Shown: positions 32,650 to 49,332, numbered from the stretch's first letter. The stretch is 64,000 nt of DNA from Eledone cirrhosa (GCA_964016885.1 OZ024740.1:435674001-435738000), one strand, 5' to 3'. The notes: a model not told the origin generated them from the letters alone. Numbers and translations are program-made.

Positions 32650-34888
32650 TACACGTAGATCCTAAAATAATTAATTTATCTAAAAGAGATCTTGACAATG
32701 ATGAAATGCAAATTCTGTCAAAAGGACTGAAATTCACACCGACTCCAACAGTCAACCACCAAGAACTGAAGGAGGATACCCAAGAATTCTGTCGAAAATT
32801 ACGTCTTGTAGAATTCTTCGCTGATAAAAATAATGAGAGTGATGAATCACTAGTAAAGAATAAATCAAATTTCACTCCACCAAAAGGAAGAAATATCTAT
32901 CTCGACCAATACATTGACATCCTGTCTAAATTTCCTCTTAGACGTAATACTAATGTTAGGCCAAACATTAACAAATCAGAAATGTCTGCACTTAAACGTA
33001 TACAAAATAAAACAATAATAATTAAACAAGCAGATAAAGGGGGGTGCAGTTGTTATAATGGATACTGAATACTACAAGGATTTGGTTGAGGAACAACTGA
33101 AAGACACAACATTCTATCATGAAATACCGTCAAATATAGACCACAACATCATGAAGAAGATCAACAACCTGGCTTCAAAATACCACAACTCACTTATTGA
33201 TAAGGAAAGAGACTACATCACCAATTTTGAGCCGAAACCCAGCAACCTGTATGGCCTACCGAAAGTTCACAAGTCAAAAGAAATACAACTGGCAGTAAGA
33301 GAACAAAACAGTGAGTACATTAAATTATTTCACCCAAAAGACTTAAAACTTAGACCTATTATAGCTGGTCCAACATGCCCCACTCACCGTCTAAGCAATT
33401 TTGTTGACATTATTTGAAACCACTATGTATTCACATACCCAGTTTCATCCGGGATGATATCGACTTCCTGTCCCATCTTCCCAAACCACGGAAACGAATT
33501 CACTTCTACTCAGTTTTGATGTGGTAAGCCTTTACACCAACATTACACATGATTTAGGAATAAAGGCGGTTAAATACTGGGTGGAAAAACACAGAGAAGT
33601 GATTCTCATTAGATTCACAGCGCCATTTATATTAGACGCAGTTAAACTTATTCTGGAAAACAACACTTTCTTCTTCAATGGAAAGAATTACATCCAAATT
33701 AGAGGCACAGCGATGGGAACGAAGTTTGCTCCCGTTTACGCAAACTCTGTAATGGGATACTTAGAACAACAATTCTACCAAGAAATAGAGGAAAAATATA
33801 GTACTGACTTTAGAAAGTACATTGAAAAATCTTGGAAGAGATACCTTGACGACTGTTTCAGCATCTGGACAGAATCTCTAGATACTCTGGATGAGTTCAA
33901 TATCCTCCTGAATAACCTACACCCATCTCTCCAATTCACAAAAGAGATGAGTAGGACCAAATTACCATTCCTAGATATAATGATAATCAAAAACGACTCC
34001 ACCATTACCACGGATATATATTATAAACACACAGACACCCATCAATATCTGAATTTTAAGTCGTGCCATTCACCTCATACAAAACGCAACATCCCATACT
34101 GCCTAGCCAGAAGAATTTGTACCATTGTAGAAGATACGAATACCAGGTACAAACGCCTAACAGAACTAAGAGAATTTTTGCTCAAACAAAAATACCCATC
34201 TCTACTTATAGAAAATGGCATACAGCGGGCTATAAAAATACCTATACAACAACTTAGAACAACCCAAGGAAGAAGAAACCAAGAACTGGTCATACCATTT
34301 ATAATGACACACAACCCATGTCACCAGAAAATCTTCAACACTGCCAAAGCAAACCTACCGATCATTGCTCAAAGTAATGAATTAAAAGGCTTAATCACAG
34401 ATCGATCTTTGACTCTTAGTAAAAGACAGCCAAAAAATTTGAAGCAATTGCTAACAAAAGCAAAGTTTGACCTTAACAACAAAGACCAATCATTCACTGT
34501 ATCTAAATGCAATGATAATCGATGCGGCACATGTCAATCCATACACGCCGGTCAATATATGAAAACAAAAACTGGAAAAATATTCCCAAATGCAAATATG
34601 AACTGCAAAAGCAGAAATCTAATTTACTGCATTAAATGCCTGAATTGTGAAGAACTATATGTCGGTCAAACTGGAAATGCACTATCGGAATGTGCATGGG
34701 TACACCGTCAACAAATCAGAGACCCAAATGTCCGTCAGATACCCCTAAGCAGCCACCTGGCAACATGTGGTCAGGGAATATTTATAATATTCCCATTCTA
34801 CAAATTACACAGCCCAAGTGAAATCAAGAGAAAAATCAAAGAAAAGAATTTTATTGATAAATTCAAACCCAAGCTAAATGAACAATAA
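32650..34888 (+). pseudogene. PLE RT-GIY-YIG pseudogene
   Basis: KIINLSK..LSKGLKFTPTP, GTAMGTKFAP, WKRYLDD, CNDNRCGTC, LIYCIKC..YVGQTG spread across three frames. Confidence 0.9.
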
Positions 34889-34935
34889 TAACGCCTAGGG
34901 GTATTACTTCTACTACCACTATGACCACGACCACT

Positions 34936-34974
<39 letters not shown>

Positions 34975-35277
34975 AATAATAATAAAAGTGATGTTGATGG
35001 TGATGATTAATAGAAAATGCTATTTTCATCATTTCAAAAAGCAAAACAATTGATACGTTGGATATGACTATTGGTCGTTAGCATGCTCAACCAGCCGTGA
35101 CGCTTAAACCAATCAGCTGTAGTAATTCAGTGAAACTACACACTGATTGGTCGAAATACAGTTTACAGGGCTTTGCATTCTGGAGCCACTTTTCTCTGTA
35201 TAAAATGTATAAAAGGTAGGAAATTTACTCATCTCATTACAGTTGAAAATTGCAAACTCGACTGTCACCGCATATCA

Positions 35278-35316
35278 TGAACCTGAAGATTGCGAAAGCA
35301 TGAAAGTACTTGTTCA
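35278..35316 (+). ncRNA. Minimal type I hammerhead ribozyme motif in the PLE2 3' pLTR
   Basis: TGAAC-CTGAAGA-t-TGC-GAAA-GCA-t-GAAA-GTAC-TT-GTTCA. Confidence 0.8.
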
Positions 35317-35469
35317 ATTAACACTTAGAATTTAATATTCTATCATACTATTTCATTATAATAACATTATATATATTTTAAAGGATTGTAAATAAAACGA
35401 GTAAATCAGACAAAGTTGGAATTCCTCTTATTAATATAATCTTCTATACACAATCATACACACCCGTGT

Positions 35470-39978
<4,509 letters not shown>

Positions 39979-41176
39979 GTGAGGTTTTTTTTTTACAAAA
40001 TGAAAAATAACCGAGGTGTCCTACACGAGTGAAAGTATAAAGAAAAAGAAATGAAATCGAAAATGCAACTGAAGTCTTATTTATTTTTTTTTTTTTTAAA
40101 TATATATATTTATTTGGTTCCTTTACCGGTTTCGCAGTTCTTCTGCTTTTCAAAAGGTGAGTTGAGATGGAGGGTCTGTGGTTTTTCTCACATCTGGTTG
40201 GTCTCTAAATGTTACTTGTTTTATATGGAAAAAGTGGCTCGAAATTCCAGGTTTTTCGAGAAGTAATTTGATTGGTTTGTCAATAATTATAATAAATTTC
40301 GCGCCAGTTCGCGTTACAATAGTTCTTCAAATAAGAGAGGGGGGGTGTCACAGGTTGTTCTTTTATATATGAGTGTTTGAATTTCTTTTTACTTTGAAAA
40401 ATGAGGCTCACGAAGGCTTTTTTTTTGTTGGTTATAAATGAAATTTGGCTGTCACGTGAACAAGTTTTTATTACATTTTTGTGCCCTTATTTGGAAAACT
40501 ATTCTGTAGTCTTTATAGTGAATGTTATGACAATGGAGAGATAGTGGTCAAGAGAAAAGGGATTGGGAGAAATGTTCTGGTTCAGTGAATATGGCCAGCT
40601 AGCGGGGGGGGGGGGGGGTGTCAGAGTTCAGATTTTCTATTGAGACTGAAGATACGTGTTTATTTGTGTGCTTGTGTGTGTGTGTGTGTGTGTATGTGTG
40701 TATTGGAAGATGATTCTATTAGTAGAGATGGGGGAGGGAGTTGTGTGTGTGTGTATATGGGTGTTGTGTGTGTGTGTGCGAGTATGTTAAGATGGAGAGA
40801 ATATATATTTTGTGTGTGTATATATATATATGTGTGTAGGAAAGGGGTTCTATTAGTAGAAATGGGGAGGGAGTTGTAGGTGTGGGGGTTGTTATGTGTG
40901 TGTATGGGTGTTATGTGTGTGGGAGTATGGTTAGCATGTTAAGATGAAGAGAATATATATATATATATATATATATTGTGTGTGTGTGTAGGAAAGTGAT
41001 TCCTTTAGTAGGAATATTTTTGAATGAACATATTTTCCTTACTTTTTCGTGTTTGCTGTTGTATTGCCAGTGCAAATGTATGTTTAAGGTTTATTTAGTT
41101 CGGGTTTTTATTTTCTAAAGTAGAAGGTGTTATGTGTGTGTGTGTATGTCATATTATGGTGTTGACATAATGTATA

Positions 41177-43447
41177 TTAAACCTTATTTAATGTTGGTCT
41201 ATATTTTTGAATAAACATATTTTCTTTATTTATTCGCATTTGTTCTGTTGTATTGTTAGCGCAAAGGTAAAATGGGAAGACTTGGAATTTGGGTGTCTTA
41301 TTACTTGCGCAAATGTCTAGATGTGCACTTAGTGGTATCTGTCTCGTGGTTGGATCTCGTAATTGTTGGCGATGAACTGTCATTCTGTTTCTGAGTGTGA
41401 GTTTAGTTTGTCCTATATAATCTTCATTGCATCCTTTACATTTAATGGCATAAAATAGATTTTTTGATGAGCAAGTGAAGTGATTTTTTACAGTAAAATT
41501 TTGTCCTGATTTAAATGTATACGTGTTGCCTTCAATGAGGTGAGTGCAGGTTCCACAATTAGAGCGACCACATTTTTTGATACTTGGTTGTGGGTTTGTG
41601 GTAGGTAATTTGGCATTGGTGAGTAATGTTTTCAGTGATTTTGGTTGTCTTTTGCGTTTGATTATTTTGTGTGTTTCAAGGGCTTTTTTCATTCTTGGGT
41701 TTTGTTTTAGTAGTGGGATGTTATTGTGAATAGTGTTGTAAGCTTCCGCATTTCTTGGGTTGTGTGTTGAGATATATGATAGAATATTGGACGTACCTTG
41801 AATTTGTTTCTGTTTCCGTAATTCATCAATGCCTATTGCTTTAGCCCTTTCTATTCCATTATTTATTAGTAATAGTGGGTACTCTCTCTCAAGTAGAATT
41901 TCCTTTAATTCTTGAAGTCTTTTATTTCGCGTTTCATAATTGGAGACAATTGTGCAAATTCTTCTTGCTAGGCTAAAAGGAATGTTCGTCTTCGTGTGCT
42001 TTGGATGGTTGGAGGTGAATAGCAGATATTGTTTGGAATCTGTTGGTTTGTAGTGTATGTCAGTTTCGATATTTGTGTCTTTTTTTGTGATTAAGATGTC
42101 CAGAAATGGGAGTTGATCTTGGCTGTATTCCATTGTGAATTGGATGTGGTTATTGATGCCGTTTATTAAGTTTTTGAAATCCTTCAGTTGGTCGAGTGTG
42201 TGGGACCAAAGAATGAGGCAATCATCCAAGTAGCGTTTCCAATTCTCTGATAAGTATTTGTGGAAGTTGAATCCGTATTTTGATTTGGACTGTTCATATA
42301 TCTGGACTTCTAAGTATGCCATGACTAAGTTGACATAAGTTGGAGCGGCTTTTGTGCCCATCGCAGTCCCCGATATTTGCTTGTAAGTATTGCCATCGAA
42401 ATCAAAAAAGTTGTTCTGTAGGATGAATTTTAATCCCTCGGTGATGAAGCTTTTTTCTATTCTGTCAGGTATCTCATTGGGATATTTCTCTAGCCAGAAT
42501 CCTATTGCTTCTAGTCCGTATTGGTGTGGGATCGTTGTGTAGAGATTCACTACATCGAAAGACACAATAATAGTGTCGTTGTTGACATGTTTGGGGAGGT
42601 GGTTTAAGAGGTCCAGATCGTCTCTTACAAGGCTTGGTATGTGTTTCAGTATTGGTTTCAGTAGTATGTCTATAAAGTTGCTCAATCTGTGTGTTTCACA
42701 TTGTGGGCCCGCTACAATTGGTCTTAATTTAAGGTCTGTGGGGTATTGTGTGTTCACGCAGGCTGAGGTGGATTGTTTACAGGCATCGTTGATTATTTTA
42801 CATTTGTGGATCTTCGGAAGTCCGTAAAGGTTGCTGGTTTTGTATTCAAAATTTGTTAAATAATCGCGTTCCTTTTTAGTTAGGTCTTCCTGGTATCGAT
42901 AAATCAGTGTGTTTAATTTGGTCATTATTTTTGATTGCTGGTAGTTTTTTACTCTTTCATAGTAATTAGTATTTTGTAAGAGAGAGAACATAGAATGTTT
43001 ATATTTTTCAGCCTCCATAATGACAACAGTACTTCCCTTGTCCGCTTCCTTAATTACAATGTCCGTATTGTTTTTTAGTTCATGGATAATCTCCCATTCC
43101 CTTCGACTTGTGTTGGGTTTGGGTTTAGGTTGCGGTAGTTCATGGTATGGGAAGGTAGCTATGTGGTCACAGAATTTGTCCAGAACTCTGTTTCTACCTT
43201 TTGTTGGGTTGTAGTTGCTTTTATTCCGTACAATTGATTCGTCGTTATTCTCCTTGTCAAAGAATTCCTCTGTGAGACGTAATTTTCTACAGAAGTGTGA
43301 GATATCGTCATTTATCTCGTTGGGGCTAGGGTATTGTGGTGTTGGTGTGAATTTCAGACCTTTGGAGAGAATTTTTACTTGTTGGGCTGAGAGGTTTGTA
43401 TTTGAAATGTTAATTATTTTCGGTTTTTCAAAATCGGTTTGTGCCAC
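41177..43447 (-). CDS. PLE reverse transcriptase-GIY-YIG endonuclease, 756 aa uninterrupted
   Basis: KIINISN, ADKGSTVVIM, SFDVVNLYT, GTAMGTKAAP, WKRYLDD, CGRSNCGTC, LFYAIKC..YIGQT. Confidence 0.93.
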   Translation of the reverse strand: MAQTDFEKPKIINISNTNLSAQQVKILSKGLKFTPTPQYPSPNEINDDISHFCRKLRLTEEFFDKENNDESIVRNKSNYNPTKGRNRVLDKFCDHIATFPYHELPQPKPKPNTSRREWEIIHELKNNTDIVIKEADKGSTVVIMEAEKYKHSMFSLLQNTNYYERVKNYQQSKIMTKLNTLIYRYQEDLTKKERDYLTNFEYKTSNLYGLPKIHKCKIINDACKQSTSACVNTQYPTDLKLRPIVAGPQCETHRLSNFIDILLKPILKHIPSLVRDDLDLLNHLPKHVNNDTIIVSFDVVNLYTTIPHQYGLEAIGFWLEKYPNEIPDRIEKSFITEGLKFILQNNFFDFDGNTYKQISGTAMGTKAAPTYVNLVMAYLEVQIYEQSKSKYGFNFHKYLSENWKRYLDDCLILWSHTLDQLKDFKNLINGINNHIQFTMEYSQDQLPFLDILITKKDTNIETDIHYKPTDSKQYLLFTSNHPKHTKTNIPFSLARRICTIVSNYETRNKRLQELKEILLEREYPLLLINNGIERAKAIGIDELRKQKQIQGTSNILSYISTHNPRNAEAYNTIHNNIPLLKQNPRMKKALETHKIIKRKRQPKSLKTLLTNAKLPTTNPQPSIKKCGRSNCGTCTHLIEGNTYTFKSGQNFTVKNHFTCSSKNLFYAIKCKGCNEDYIGQTKLTLRNRMTVHRQQLRDPTTRQIPLSAHLDICASNKTPKFQVFPFYLCANNTTEQMRINKENMFIQKYRPTLNKV

Positions 43448-43782
43448 CGGGTGTTGTGAGTCCTGTAGCCTTGGTCTAAAAAATGATTTTTCTGGAATGT
43501 TTTTTCAATGGTATTATTATATCTAATGGTATTTCCCCTGTTGTTGTGTGGTCTTGTATAGAAGTTTCGGACGTATTGAGGTTCGGTTTGTTGATAGTCC
43601 GGGTTGTAGATTTGGTTCCTTTGTGTGGGTTGGGATCTACGGTTTTGGAACAGGCTCTGTGTGGGCAGGGGTCTACGGTTTTGGAATAGGTTTTGTGTGG
43701 GTTGTGATCTGCAGATCAGGTCCTGCCTTGTGTTCGGGGATCTTTGCTTTTTGTTAGTAGGGTTATAGTTTTGTCTATGGTT
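43414..43782 (-). CDS. 5'-truncated ORF1 of PLE3 (basic, N/Q/R-rich, low complexity) overlapping the RT frame
   Basis: Manual translation is open from 43782: NHRQNYNP...RSQPTQNLFQNRRPLPTQSLFQNRR...KNHFLDQGY...ILKNRK*. Confidence 0.6.
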   Translation of the reverse strand, partial: NHRQNYNPTNKKQRSPNTRQDLICRSQPTQNLFQNRRPLPTQSLFQNRRSQPTQRNQIYNPDYQQTEPQYVRNFYTRPHNNRGNTIRYNNTIEKTFQKNHFLDQGYRTHNTRWHKPILKNRK

Positions 43783-43833
43783 ATATATATATATATATAT
43801 ATAGATATATATAGATATATATAAACATATATA

Positions 43834-43887
<54 letters not shown>

Positions 43888-43904
43888 TATATATATGTCT
43901 ATAT

Positions 43905-43935
<31 letters not shown>

Positions 43936-46900
43936 TCCTAAACGGACGGTAGTCCGTTTAGTAATATTGTTGTGGTCGTGTTTTTGTTGGCAATCGTCTG
44001 TTTACGACAGTACAGTGCGGCTCTACTTTATTTAACTGAGATAAAACTTATATGAGCATGAACAGTAGATCATTACGCATCTTTTGGCTTAAAAATCTAG
44101 AAATTTGGTCCAGCGGGAAGAAGTTTATAATCAAAGTTTGCTGATAAATCTTGTGTTCAAGTGAGTGTGTAGTAAGCGTGACGCTAGGGGAGGTAATCCA
44201 GAAATGACGACGTTTGGAGTATGTATATCTGTGTACGTCGCCATATATGTATGTATGTATATGTGTATATGTATATTTGTGTATGTCGCAATATATGTAT
44301 GTGTGTATATGTATATTTGTGTTCGTCGCCATATATGTATGTATGTGTGTATATGTATATTTGTGTATGTATGTATGTATGTGTGTGTATGTATATTTGT
44401 GTACGTCGCCATATATGTGTGTATATGTATATTTGTGTACGTCGCCATATATGTTTGTATGTATGTGTGTATATGTATATTTGTGTACGTCTCCATATAT
44501 GTATGTATGTATGTGTGTATATGTATATTTGTGTATGTCGCAATATATGTATGTATGTGTGTGTGTATATGTATATTTGTGTATGTCGCGATATATGTAT
44601 GTATGTATGTATGTGTGTATATTTGTGTATGTCGCAATATATGTATGTATGTGTGTATATGTATATTTGTGTATGTCGCCATATATGCAGTATGTATGTG
44701 TGTATATGTATATTTGTGTACGTCGCCATATATGTATGTATGTGTGTATATGTATATTTGTGTATGTCGCAATATATGTATGTATGTGTGTATATGTATA
44801 TTTGTGTACATCGCCATATATGTATGTATGTGTGTATATGTATATTTGTGTATGTCGCAATATATGTATGTATGTGTGTATGTATATGTATATTTGTGTA
44901 CGTCGCCATATATGTTTGTATGTATGTGTGTATATGTATATTTGTGTACGTCGCCATATATGTATGTATGTGTGTATATATATTTGTGTACGTCGCCATA
45001 TATGTATGTATTTGTATATGTATATTTGTGTACGTCGCCATATATGCAGTATGTATGTGTGTGTATATGTATATTTGTGTATGTCGTGATATATGTATAT
45101 GTGTATATGTATATATGTGTATGTCGCCATATATGTGTGTATGTATGTGTATATGTATATTTGTGTACGTCGCCATGTATGTATGTGTGTATATTAAGTA
45201 TGAAAACGCAGCCTATTTGAATTCGCCAGTCGTTTTAACGGAAATGTGGAGTGGCTTAACATTTGGAATATTCGAATCGGGTTTCTAGACTCGCTTAGCA
45301 TAAGTCCATAAAATTCATAATATTCCATTTGTTGAAGCACGCGACCTACACAATATTTCTGTTATAACTTTCATGGTAACACAAGTAACTCACGCATACA
45401 GACGAACACAAAAATACTACACAAAAGAAAGAGTTTTTTCGACGTCTAACAAAAAATTTCTCTTTTGGATTGAAAATTATTATTGCGAGCATAGTTTGAT
45501 AAAACAAAAAAAAAAAGAATTTAAAAAAAAAAATTTCTCTGGATATAGAATTTTGCTCGGCTTATTCAGTTTTTCCATGGCACAGAAATGGAGTATTTCC
45601 ATTTCGAATCAAAACTTTTCACTAAAATCGGGCAATTGGACTGATCAAATTCACATTCATGCCAGTTTTTACAAATCCCAAAAACGAAATTATCCTATTT
45701 CCAATCAGAAATATAGAACGCGCGCGTTAATCTTATCATTACTCATAATCGGTTGTGTCGAATTAAATCCTGGACCTGAATTTGAATTCAATGAGACTGA
45801 CAAAGATCAAAACATTGATAAACAGAATGAAAAACGGAGAAAAACTGCAATTAGGAATAGGGAGTACAGACAACGGAAAGCTGCAGAAATAAGAGAAAAA
45901 AGACAATCAGACGAAGCAAATTTAAAAATAAGGCATGGCAAAAAGCATATAGACTGAGAAGAGGCGATGAGGGTAAAAGTCAGGAGGCATCGTATCAAAA
46001 AGTGCGCAGACTGAGGGCAGGTGATGAGGGCAAAAATCAGCATGCATTGAATCAAAAAGAGCACAGAGTGAGAGCAGGCGATGAGGGCAAAAGTCAACAG
46101 GCATTGTATCAAAAAGCACACAGATTGAGAACAGGAGAAGAAGGAAAAGAAAAAGATGCCATATATTTTTCACATTATTATTTTACAAATGCACGGTTGA
46201 TACAACAAAAACACAAATTTTTGTACAGAAAAAAACGAATTCAACGATTTAAAGACATTCGCATGCAAAGGGAAATCATGTTACACAAATTCACAAAATC
46301 ATATTTGGCTTCGAAAAAAGAAAAACCAAAAAATCGGACACAATATAGGAAGAAATTCAAGCAGGGCCTTGAAAAAGTTTCCAAAATCTACAGAGAAGCA
46401 CAGGGAATTCGAAATTTCATGTTTAATGAATTGAAAAAAACAATGGCTTCAGTTTATGCACACATCAAATTAGCTAAGAAGGAGGGGTTGACTGCATACT
46501 GGGAGGAAATATTTTACCATACTTTCACAAATGAACACTTTCTATTCCCAAAAAGTACAGTTGATTATTTTCCTCTAACAGAACTTGAAAACCACAATTT
46601 TCTGACTGATGACTGTCCAACAAATGAGTGCAGGTGTAAAGATGGTGATGAGCCAAGTGAGGGAGGTGCACAAGGAGAGGGAGGTGAGCAAAGTGAGAAA
46701 GGTGCACAAAGAGGGGGGGATGAGCCAAGTGAGAAAGGTGCACAAAGAGGGGGAGATGAGCCAAGTGAGGGAGGTGCACAAGGAGAGGGAGGGGAGCAAA
46801 GTGAGAAATGTGCACAAAGAGGGGGGCATGAGCCAAGTGAGACAGGTGCACAAAGAGGGGGGGATGAGCCAAGTGAGGAAAGCAAGCAAAGAGGGGGAGA

Positions 46901-49049
46901 TGAGCCAAGTGAGGGAGGTGCACAAAGAGGGGGGGATGAGCCAAGTGAGAAATGTCCACAAAGAGGGGTAGATGAGCCAACTGATGGAGGTGAGCAAAGT
47001 GAGACAGGTGCACAAAAAGAGGGGGGTGAGCAAAGTGACCAGGAAGATTTTGATGGCAGAAAATGTACAGAACTTCTGACTTTGGCTAGATTGTGCAAAT
47101 TTGGTCCCCCATCAAATTGCCCAGATCCCACTGCACGTCTAAAGCTAGCTAAACGAATGCACAAGGCCATACATGAACTTTCACCTGATTTGACTGTGTC
47201 CCAAATTCGGAAAAAAATGGAAATCTTTGAGCAGTGTAAAGGATTCCATAGGGACAACATCTATTGCATAGGACAGTCTGACTGCACAAATGGACTTGAA
47301 CTGATTCGAAGTATGGCTCCTCACTCTCCTTGCATCCGTACACTTCTGAGATGTGTGTACAAAGTGTGATCAGTCTGTGTCTGGCTAGACTCCTATGACA
47401 TTTCAATCTTGGAAGGAAATTGGTCAATGTTTGATGATCTAGTAAATCCCCAAAACATGTCCAACAATCTGCTAAGCCGTTTGAATGAGATAGTGGAAAA
47501 TGAAAATGAGAGCTTGCATTCAGAATCCTCAATCATGGCCAATTTTGCATCCATTATCAAACATTTTAATAAAGAGATTCAAAAAATGAAAATCAACTCC
47601 TGTGACATTTGCAAACAACGAGAATTAGATGCTAAACTCAAAGTCTGGGAGGATTGGAGCCCTTTGACAAATCCCTATCTCCTGGAAACCATTCAACAAA
47701 ACTACTCTCTGCCATGTACGATTTGCTCTACATGTAGAAATAGTCTTGTCAAAAAGTCGATACCATCATTGGCTTCAATCAATGGCCTAGAAGTGGTCAA
47801 AATTCCAAATGTGTTGTCAAAGTTGAACATGAATGAGCAGATTTTGATCCAAATGGCCAATTGCTTCATCAATGTCATTAAATTGTCACCCTATCGTTTC
47901 AAAGGTGCACCATCACATCTAGTAGCTGCTATAGCTGCTATTAAAGGAATAGCAACTCACATGCCACTACCATTAGAAAACACAATCAATCATGTAATGA
48001 AAAAACTTCCATCGAATCAAAATGATGCATTTGAAATAATTGTTGATAGTCTTCCAACTAAAAAGGGCACAATTTGGCGATCGCTAGTGAATATGCAAAA
48101 TGTCTTTGATGCCTTGGAGTGGCTGAAAAACAACAATGACATTTTGATAGACAGAACCACAAATTTAGAGGACATTGTTACATGCACTGGTGAAAATGTT
48201 TCCATCAATTTTCCACACATTCTCACACAAACTGGTGCTGAAACAGTCTATGAACACCATACTGTACAGCAAATCAAGCCTGCACTCCCAAATCAAAAGG
48301 ACCTTGAACTGTTTCGCATGAAACGAGTTGAAGGTACTCTTCTTCCGGACAATGATCCAAACCTGGATCTGATGTGCTTCCCCCACTTATTCCCTAAAGG
48401 AAAATTTGGAATGATGCACATGAACAGACCCCATGGTAGAGTAAAGCCCTACATGTTCATCAGAAACAGACTCAGACATGAGGACCCCTGGTTTCGTAGA
48501 GACATTCAGTACATTCTCTACAATTTGGACAAGGCTGACAAAAGAGCACTAGATTCTGACATTTATGCCGCAATGAAATCACTCAAAAGTCCAAAATTGA
48601 CACTTGCTCAATTTTATAAAAGATTGGAAGCCAATGATGAACAATTGGAAAGTGGTTTGTCAATGATGATGGCGAATGTTCGTGGAACAAAGCCATTTTG
48701 GGAACGCAAGTGCTCCGACTTGAATGCCATAGATGAGAAATTCGGTCCTGCCCATTTGTTTATCACTCTTTCATGTGCTGAATACTTTTGGCCAGGCTTG
48801 AGGGAATTTTTGGAAAAACTCAATAAAGACATTGCAAATGTTGAAACAAGGCTGATAGGGAATCTCTGAGCAAATGATGTTGTGATTGTCAGTGAGTACT
48901 TTCACCATCGTTTTAGTGCTGTTTTTCATGATGTAATTTTAAATAAAAAAGGCCCATTTGGGGAAATTATTCATTACTTTTGGCGACTCGAGTATCAACA
49001 ACGTGGTGCCCCTCACATTCACCTTAAAGCCTGGGTTCGGGACAGTGTA
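43936..49049 (+). mobile_element. Helitron/Helentron-type element remnant (Rep region), 3'-truncated
   Basis: Starts A|TC with the hairpin CTAAACGGAC-ggta-GTCCGTTTAG. Rep motifs in the ORF. Confidence 0.75.
44218..45190. repeat. About 40-48 bp minisatellite (GTATATTTGTGTAYGTCGCMATATATGTAT...)
   Basis: About 20 diverged units seen directly. Confidence 0.9.
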
Positions 49050-49050
49050 A
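45373..49050 (+). pseudogene. Helitron Rep-like polyprotein remnant (CxxC..CxxC/DUF6570-like region and HUH Rep N-terminal part). Frameshift near 45950, TGA stops at 47367 and 48867
   Basis: CDIC..CSTC..IPSLASING, CFPHLFPKG, NVRGTKPFW, FGPAHLFITLSCAEYFW, YFWRLEYQQRGAPHIH. Internal 39-bp (13-aa GGDEPSEKGAQR) repeat at 46640-47040. Confidence 0.85.
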
Positions 49051-49332
49051 TCCTAAACGGACGGTAGTCCGTTTAGTAATATTGTTGTGGTCGTGTTTTC
49101 GTTGGCAATCGTCTGTTTACGACAGTACAGCGTGGCTCTACTTTATTTAACTGAGATAAAACTTATATGAGCATGAACAGTAGATCATTACGCATCTTTT
49201 GGCTTAAAAATCTAGAAATTTGGTCCAGCGGGAAAAAGTTTATAATCAAAGTTTGCTGATAAATCTTGTGTTCAAGTGAGTGAGTAGTAAGCGTGACGCT
49301 AGGTGAGGTAATCCAGAAATGATGACGTTTGG
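49050..49332 (+). repeat. Direct copy of the element's first 280 bp (43935-44217)
   Basis: Near-identical sequence including the terminal hairpin. Confidence 0.9.

Larger units (their letters stand above)
32035..35465 (+). mobile_element. Penelope-like element 2 (Neptune-like), decayed, with an inverted 5' segment (32035-32358)
   Basis: RT/GIY-YIG split by frameshifts and stops (32650-34888). 32042-32103 is an inverted copy of 32361-32423. Hammerhead at 35278. Confidence 0.9.
39970..43782 (-). mobile_element. Penelope-like element 3 (Neptune-like), 5'-truncated, flanked by (TA)n
   Basis: Intact RT-GIY-YIG ORF, upstream ORF1 fragment, hammerhead at 40120-40157 (-). Confidence 0.92.

Noticed and set aside
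46525-47260. Antisense ORFs over the 39-bp repeat
   Set aside because: Shadow frames of the coding tandem repeat in the Helitron ORF.
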